Shown here: positions 51,371-54,769 of the stretch, piece after piece
Position numbering within the stretch: position 1 is the stretch's first letter
How the letters are laid out: every line of letters begins with the position of its first letter
Origin: a virus
Taxonomy: Duplodnaviria; Caudoviricetes
Reading direction: 5' to 3' (one strand)
IMG/VR virus record: IMGVR_UViG_3300048672_000251
Coordinates: 1 to 54,769 of that record
DNA length: 54,769 nucleotides
Notes under the pieces: model-generated
Told to the model about the DNA's origin: nothing
Database searches by the model: none
Seen by the model: only the letters and a program-made list of their open reading frames with translations
Translations under genes and position numbers: made by a program

Positions 51371-51862
51371 CTCCACGTATTGGCCGGGGTCAGATATGAA
51401 ACTAAATATCCCTCCGGCTCCTATCACTATCTGCCCGAATGCTGCCTGTGCATGCCCGCGCTTATCGCCTGCCGTCAGCGTCCATCCGGGCTTTTTAAAC
51501 TCTAGCGCCGTAAATACCCCAAACTGCCGACCGATGTGGTGAGGCTGTACGGTAATTGTGGTTATCCCGATATAGTCGGACGACTTCATAACGGCATTAA
51601 TCCGCTTTGAGGTGTTGCCAAGTCCGTAACGGATTTGCCGCCCCTGGTCGTCGACTGCCGCCCCTGAGTTATTCCGCCACAAGCGCTGCCGGTACTGGCC
51701 GGACAGTCGCACAGTCGCCGCTTGCACAGTGGACTCGCTGCCAGTGCCTGCCGTCGGCGTATCGCTGGCGTATAGCGCTGCAAGGTCTGCCAGCGCTGCG
51801 GCGTGTAGTGACGGGTGGACGTATGCTTGTAGCCATTGCTGTATGGTGTCTGGTGTGGTCAC
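51341..51862 (-). CDS. VRR-NUC nuclease
   Basis: LWRNNSG, IRYGL, SSDYIG, ALEFK, Q..F...V..AGG. Confidence 0.88.
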   Translation of the reverse strand: MTTPDTIQQWLQAYVHPSLHAAALADLAALYASDTPTAGTGSESTVQAATVRLSGQYRQRLWRNNSGAAVDDQGRQIRYGLGNTSKRINAVMKSSDYIGITTITVQPHHIGRQFGVFTALEFKKPGWTLTAGDKRGHAQAAFGQIVIGAGGIFSFISDPGQYVELLRRWGVTG

Positions 51863-52119
51863 GGTTGGCTCCGGTCGTATAAGTTTTCAGTTTTGGCAGA
51901 TGCGTTACTCGGTCCGCCGTTCGTGTATTTCTTGCAGTTGCTGACCATATCCTGACCAGACTCAAAGAAGCCGTAAGCCCAGTAATCGGTATGACCACAT
52001 GACTGACAAACGGTTTCAGCTTCTGACACGTAACCGGCGTCCGACTGCGTTACTTTAAGTTTATTTACGCCGATGCCACACGCGTTGCAGCTGCTCGGCT
52101 CGTGGTATTCTGTAGTCAT
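51859..52119 (-). CDS. Small Zn-ribbon protein
   Basis: CNAC...CQSC. Confidence 0.7.
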   Translation of the reverse strand: MTTEYHEPSSCNACGIGVNKLKVTQSDAGYVSEAETVCQSCGHTDYWAYGFFESGQDMVSNCKKYTNGGPSNASAKTENLYDRSQP

Positions 52120-52310
52120 ACTAATTTAACCTCGCATTGAATACTAAGTGTAACGGGTTGGCCGTATTTGAAAGCCGGCCCGATGTCGGGCGTACAAACG
52201 TAACGCTTTATTGGCTTATTTCTGTAGTAATAATAGCCCTTGCGCGTGTATATCTGACCGGTACGCAACAGTACAAACCGCTGACCAAACGCTACTTCCC
52301 GCAGCTTCAT
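52116..52310 (-). CDS. Hypothetical protein
   Basis: ATGA overlaps. Confidence 0.65.
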   Translation of the reverse strand: MKLREVAFGQRFVLLRTGQIYTRKGYYYYRNKPIKRYVCTPDIGPAFKYGQPVTLSIQCEVKLV

Positions 52311-53968
52311 ATCCCAGTCACCCCATGTAATTTATCTGCCAACTGCCGCATGTCCGCTGCAGTACCTGTTAACGCGCTGAGGGTGTCAACCCCATACGCG
52401 GTGTAAAAAATCCGATAGGCGTCTGACTCGCTAACGCCTAAATCTCTGTGAATACCCGCCCAGACATTTATCGACCGCTCCAAGCGCTCTCTAGCCTCGG
52501 CACGCATCCGGATCTGTTTAGCGGCGCTGAGTGCTGCCACAGTCGGCGCGCCGGCTGCCAGCATCTTATCGCGCACCGCATTCGGGTCTTGCGATACGCT
52601 GACGAGCGCCCGGCGCAGTTCTTCCAACTCGGCAGGCGACAATAGCCGCAAGTCACCATCCACCCGCTCGGGGCCGCTGCGCTCAGTCTTTATAGGCTCA
52701 TGGCCACAATACGGGCACGCACTCAGCCCAACAGGGTACGGAAAGCCGCAGTCCGGTACGTTGGTGCACATCGTATTGCCATCAGCAGCGCCAGCCCCTG
52801 CACCGCCCTTACGGTCTCTACGCTCCAATGACCACGCATGGTGGTTATCCGGCAGCGGGAAACCCCTTGCTAGGAATTTACGAGTGTTGCCGACTTTATC
52901 GATGATTAACGCCCGCTTGCCGGCAACGTAACGTAACGCACGGCCCCACTGCTGTACGAATAACCTGTAACTCTCAGTGTGGCGGTCAAAGATAACACAC
53001 TCAATCTCCGGACAGTCGAAGCCCTCACCGAGTAGATCGTTATTGACCAGCACCAGCGTCTGCCGTTTCTCAAAGCGGCGCAAAATATCTGCCCGCTCTT
53101 TATCGCTGTTGCGGGAGCTGATCGCCTCTGCAGGAATACCAGCGTCGCGGAACTGTTTTGACTGTTCTTCAGCTAAATCCACATCCGCGGTAAACACCAC
53201 AGTCAGCCGGCCGGCGGCGTAACGCTGGTACGACTCGACGGTATCACCACAAATGCGGGACTCTTTTAACGCGCTGGCCAGCTGCTTCTCGACATAATCA
53301 CCTGTGGCGGCGCTGATGGCTACCCTGGATAGGTCAATGTCCGTCTCATCCATGACGATATCGTAATCAGCCAAATGCCGCTCATTGATAAGCTGGCGCA
53401 TACTGGGGCCGATAATCATCTGGTCGATAAAGCCGTCGAAGTCACGCCCCAAACCGGCGCCCTCATCCCGGATAGGCGTAGCAGTCGGCCACAGTGCTTT
53501 AGCGTGCGGGAACCTTGCGCGGTTGCGGCCCCATACGGATTCGCGCAGTCCGTGGTGCCCCTCGTCGCTAAAGAAATATTTTACGCCTGCGTGCCACGCC
53601 TCGGTCGGTCGGGTGTGCAGCGTTTGCGCAGACACGATGATATTTTCAGCCATTGGGGTATAAGTGGTATAACCGAGTTTTTCGATCTGCTGGTCAGTGA
53701 TAAACTTCACCATACTTTTATCACCAATGACCCGGTGCGGTTGGCGCTCTTTAGCAATGGCCAGCGCTATCTGTGCGACAAGCTCCCGCCGGTGCGCCTG
53801 GTAAATCTTCAGCCCCGGACGGTGCGAGAACTCTGCCATAATGCGCGTCTTGCCGCTGCCGGTTGGTAGCACAGGCATAACGTCATCGGCCCCGGCGTCC
53901 CACGAATCCCCGATGCTATCCACCATATCACGCTGATAATAACGCAGCGGAAAACTACTAACGGGCAT
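52307..53968 (-). CDS. SF2 DEAD/DEAH-box helicase with C-terminal Zn finger
   Basis: LRYYQ, PTGSGKT, DEGHH, TATP, EGFDCP, QQWGRALR, C..C..CPYC. Confidence 0.93.
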   Translation of the reverse strand: MPVSSFPLRYYQRDMVDSIGDSWDAGADDVMPVLPTGSGKTRIMAEFSHRPGLKIYQAHRRELVAQIALAIAKERQPHRVIGDKSMVKFITDQQIEKLGYTTYTPMAENIIVSAQTLHTRPTEAWHAGVKYFFSDEGHHGLRESVWGRNRARFPHAKALWPTATPIRDEGAGLGRDFDGFIDQMIIGPSMRQLINERHLADYDIVMDETDIDLSRVAISAATGDYVEKQLASALKESRICGDTVESYQRYAAGRLTVVFTADVDLAEEQSKQFRDAGIPAEAISSRNSDKERADILRRFEKRQTLVLVNNDLLGEGFDCPEIECVIFDRHTESYRLFVQQWGRALRYVAGKRALIIDKVGNTRKFLARGFPLPDNHHAWSLERRDRKGGAGAGAADGNTMCTNVPDCGFPYPVGLSACPYCGHEPIKTERSGPERVDGDLRLLSPAELEELRRALVSVSQDPNAVRDKMLAAGAPTVAALSAAKQIRMRAEARERLERSINVWAGIHRDLGVSESDAYRIFYTAYGVDTLSALTGTAADMRQLADKLHGVTGI

Positions 53969-54101
53969 ATAGGACTCCAAGTGCGAAACCGATAACGTAA
54001 GCAATTAACAGTGCCGACCACGCGGCGCGGGATTCACGCAGCTGGCGGCGTAGTTCGTTATTTTCGGCAGTGAGGTGATTTAAGCGGTCGTTAAGGTCCA
54101 T
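53958..54101 (-). CDS. Small coiled-coil plus TM protein (47 aa; not in the ORF track)
   Basis: GGAG RBS; MDLNDRLNHLTAENNELRRQLRES...WSALLIAYVIGFALGVLY. Confidence 0.65.
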   Translation of the reverse strand: MDLNDRLNHLTAENNELRRQLRESRAAWSALLIAYVIGFALGVLYAR

Positions 54102-54134
54102 CAGTTGCGCTCCGTTTTAGTTAATGTGGTAAAA

Positions 54135-54178
54135 ACTTTAAAAAACATCTTGCGTTTTGTCAATTGTTATTTTAACCT
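54135..54178. promoter_or_regulatory. Overlapping divergent promoters for the two replication arms
   Basis: Minus strand TTGACA-17-TAAAGT; plus strand TTGCGT-17-TAACCT. Confidence 0.7.
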
Positions 54179-54211
54179 CTTTTCCGTCGAACAACATAAA
54201 CGGAGACGACT

Positions 54212-54769
54212 ATGACAATTGAAATTAAAGTAACTGGCGCTGATGCCGCCGAAACCGCCCAGCAGTTTTTAGGGCTTGCAGGTTATTTTGGTGCATCACA
54301 TGCGCTGCCAGTATCAGTCGTGACTGCCGCAGTTACAGCTGATGCCGATGACGAAGAAGGCGGTAAGCTGGATTACGCCACTGCCCGTGATGAAAAAGGC
54401 GTTGCGTTTAACGATTCATATTTTGGCAAGGCCACAAACCCATTCTACCCTAACGGACAGTGGAAAAAACGTAAGGGTGTAAGTCAGGCAGATTACGATA
54501 ACTATTACGCTGGTGAATTAGCAAAGTTGCAGGCAGCGGCCTCAGGTGCACCGGCTGCGGACGTGGCACCAGCGCCTGCCCCACAGGTTGCACAGACCAA
54601 TACTGTGGTGGATGTTGCCCCTGCTGCTGACGTACCGCCTCCACCAGCACCTCAGGCAGCTCCAGCACCTCAGGCAGCTCCAGCACCTCAGGCAGCTCCA
54701 GCACCTCAGGCAGCTCCAGCACCTCAGGCAGCTCCAGCACCTCAGGCAGCTCCAGCAGCGGGCAAGACC
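54212..54769 (+). CDS. 5' part of the junction-spanning Pro/Ala-rich protein (continues at 1-366)
   Basis: GGAG RBS; DEKGV.F...GQWKKRKGV motif; no stop before the window end. Confidence 0.85.
   Translation, partial: MTIEIKVTGADAAETAQQFLGLAGYFGASHALPVSVVTAAVTADADDEEGGKLDYATARDEKGVAFNDSYFGKATNPFYPNGQWKKRKGVSQADYDNYYAGELAKLQAAASGAPAADVAPAPAPQVAQTNTVVDVAPAADVPPPPAPQAAPAPQAAPAPQAAPAPQAAPAPQAAPAPQAAPAAGKT
54641..54769. repeat. Right-end copy of the terminal overlap: 6 units of the 18-bp repeat
   Basis: Units span 54644-54751. Confidence 0.97.

Noticed and set aside
1-54769. Alternative genetic code or DNA hypermodification cluster
   Set aside because: Core genes are intact under the standard code, and I recognised no methyltransferase, queuosine-pathway or PurZ-type genes.

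Overview
The window looks like a complete, circularly permuted genome (about 54.6 kb unique) of a tailed dsDNA phage with siphovirus-type tail genes. The Rz/Rz1 spanins point to a Gram-negative host. I found no integrase or clear CI repressor, so it is probably lytic. The contig opens and closes inside an 18-bp coding tandem repeat, with 7 units at the left end and 6 at the right. Plus-strand replication arm (54212 across the junction to 6455): Pro/Ala-rich protein, DUF2800 Cas4-like nuclease, DUF2815 SSB-like protein, family B DNA polymerase, an Acb1-like 2H phosphoesterase and DUF4406. Minus-strand replication arm (54101-46972): SF2 helicase, VRR-NUC, NrS-1-like primase-helicase, DksA/TraR-like and SLOG proteins. 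Minus-strand morphogenesis arm (46321-6461): terminases, portal, gpF, split protease/scaffold, MCP, neck, tail, TMP, tip, six receptor-binding-like proteins and a lysis cassette. Small promoter/terminator-bounded accessory cassettes repeatedly interrupt this arm. The most notable unexplained signals are: (1) a roughly 430-nt cluster of strand-specific structured non-coding RNA (30325-30750) ending in a T-arm-less tRNA-Pro(UGG)-like element with CCA; (2) a plug-and-socket set of tail-fibre and tailspike genes; (3) two candidate anti-signalling-immunity proteins (Acb1-like, Sequestin-like); (4) a duplicated AT-rich, TGCAA-flanked ori-like element; (5) two phage-specific promoter classes. All family assignments come from motif recognition by eye, not database searches.
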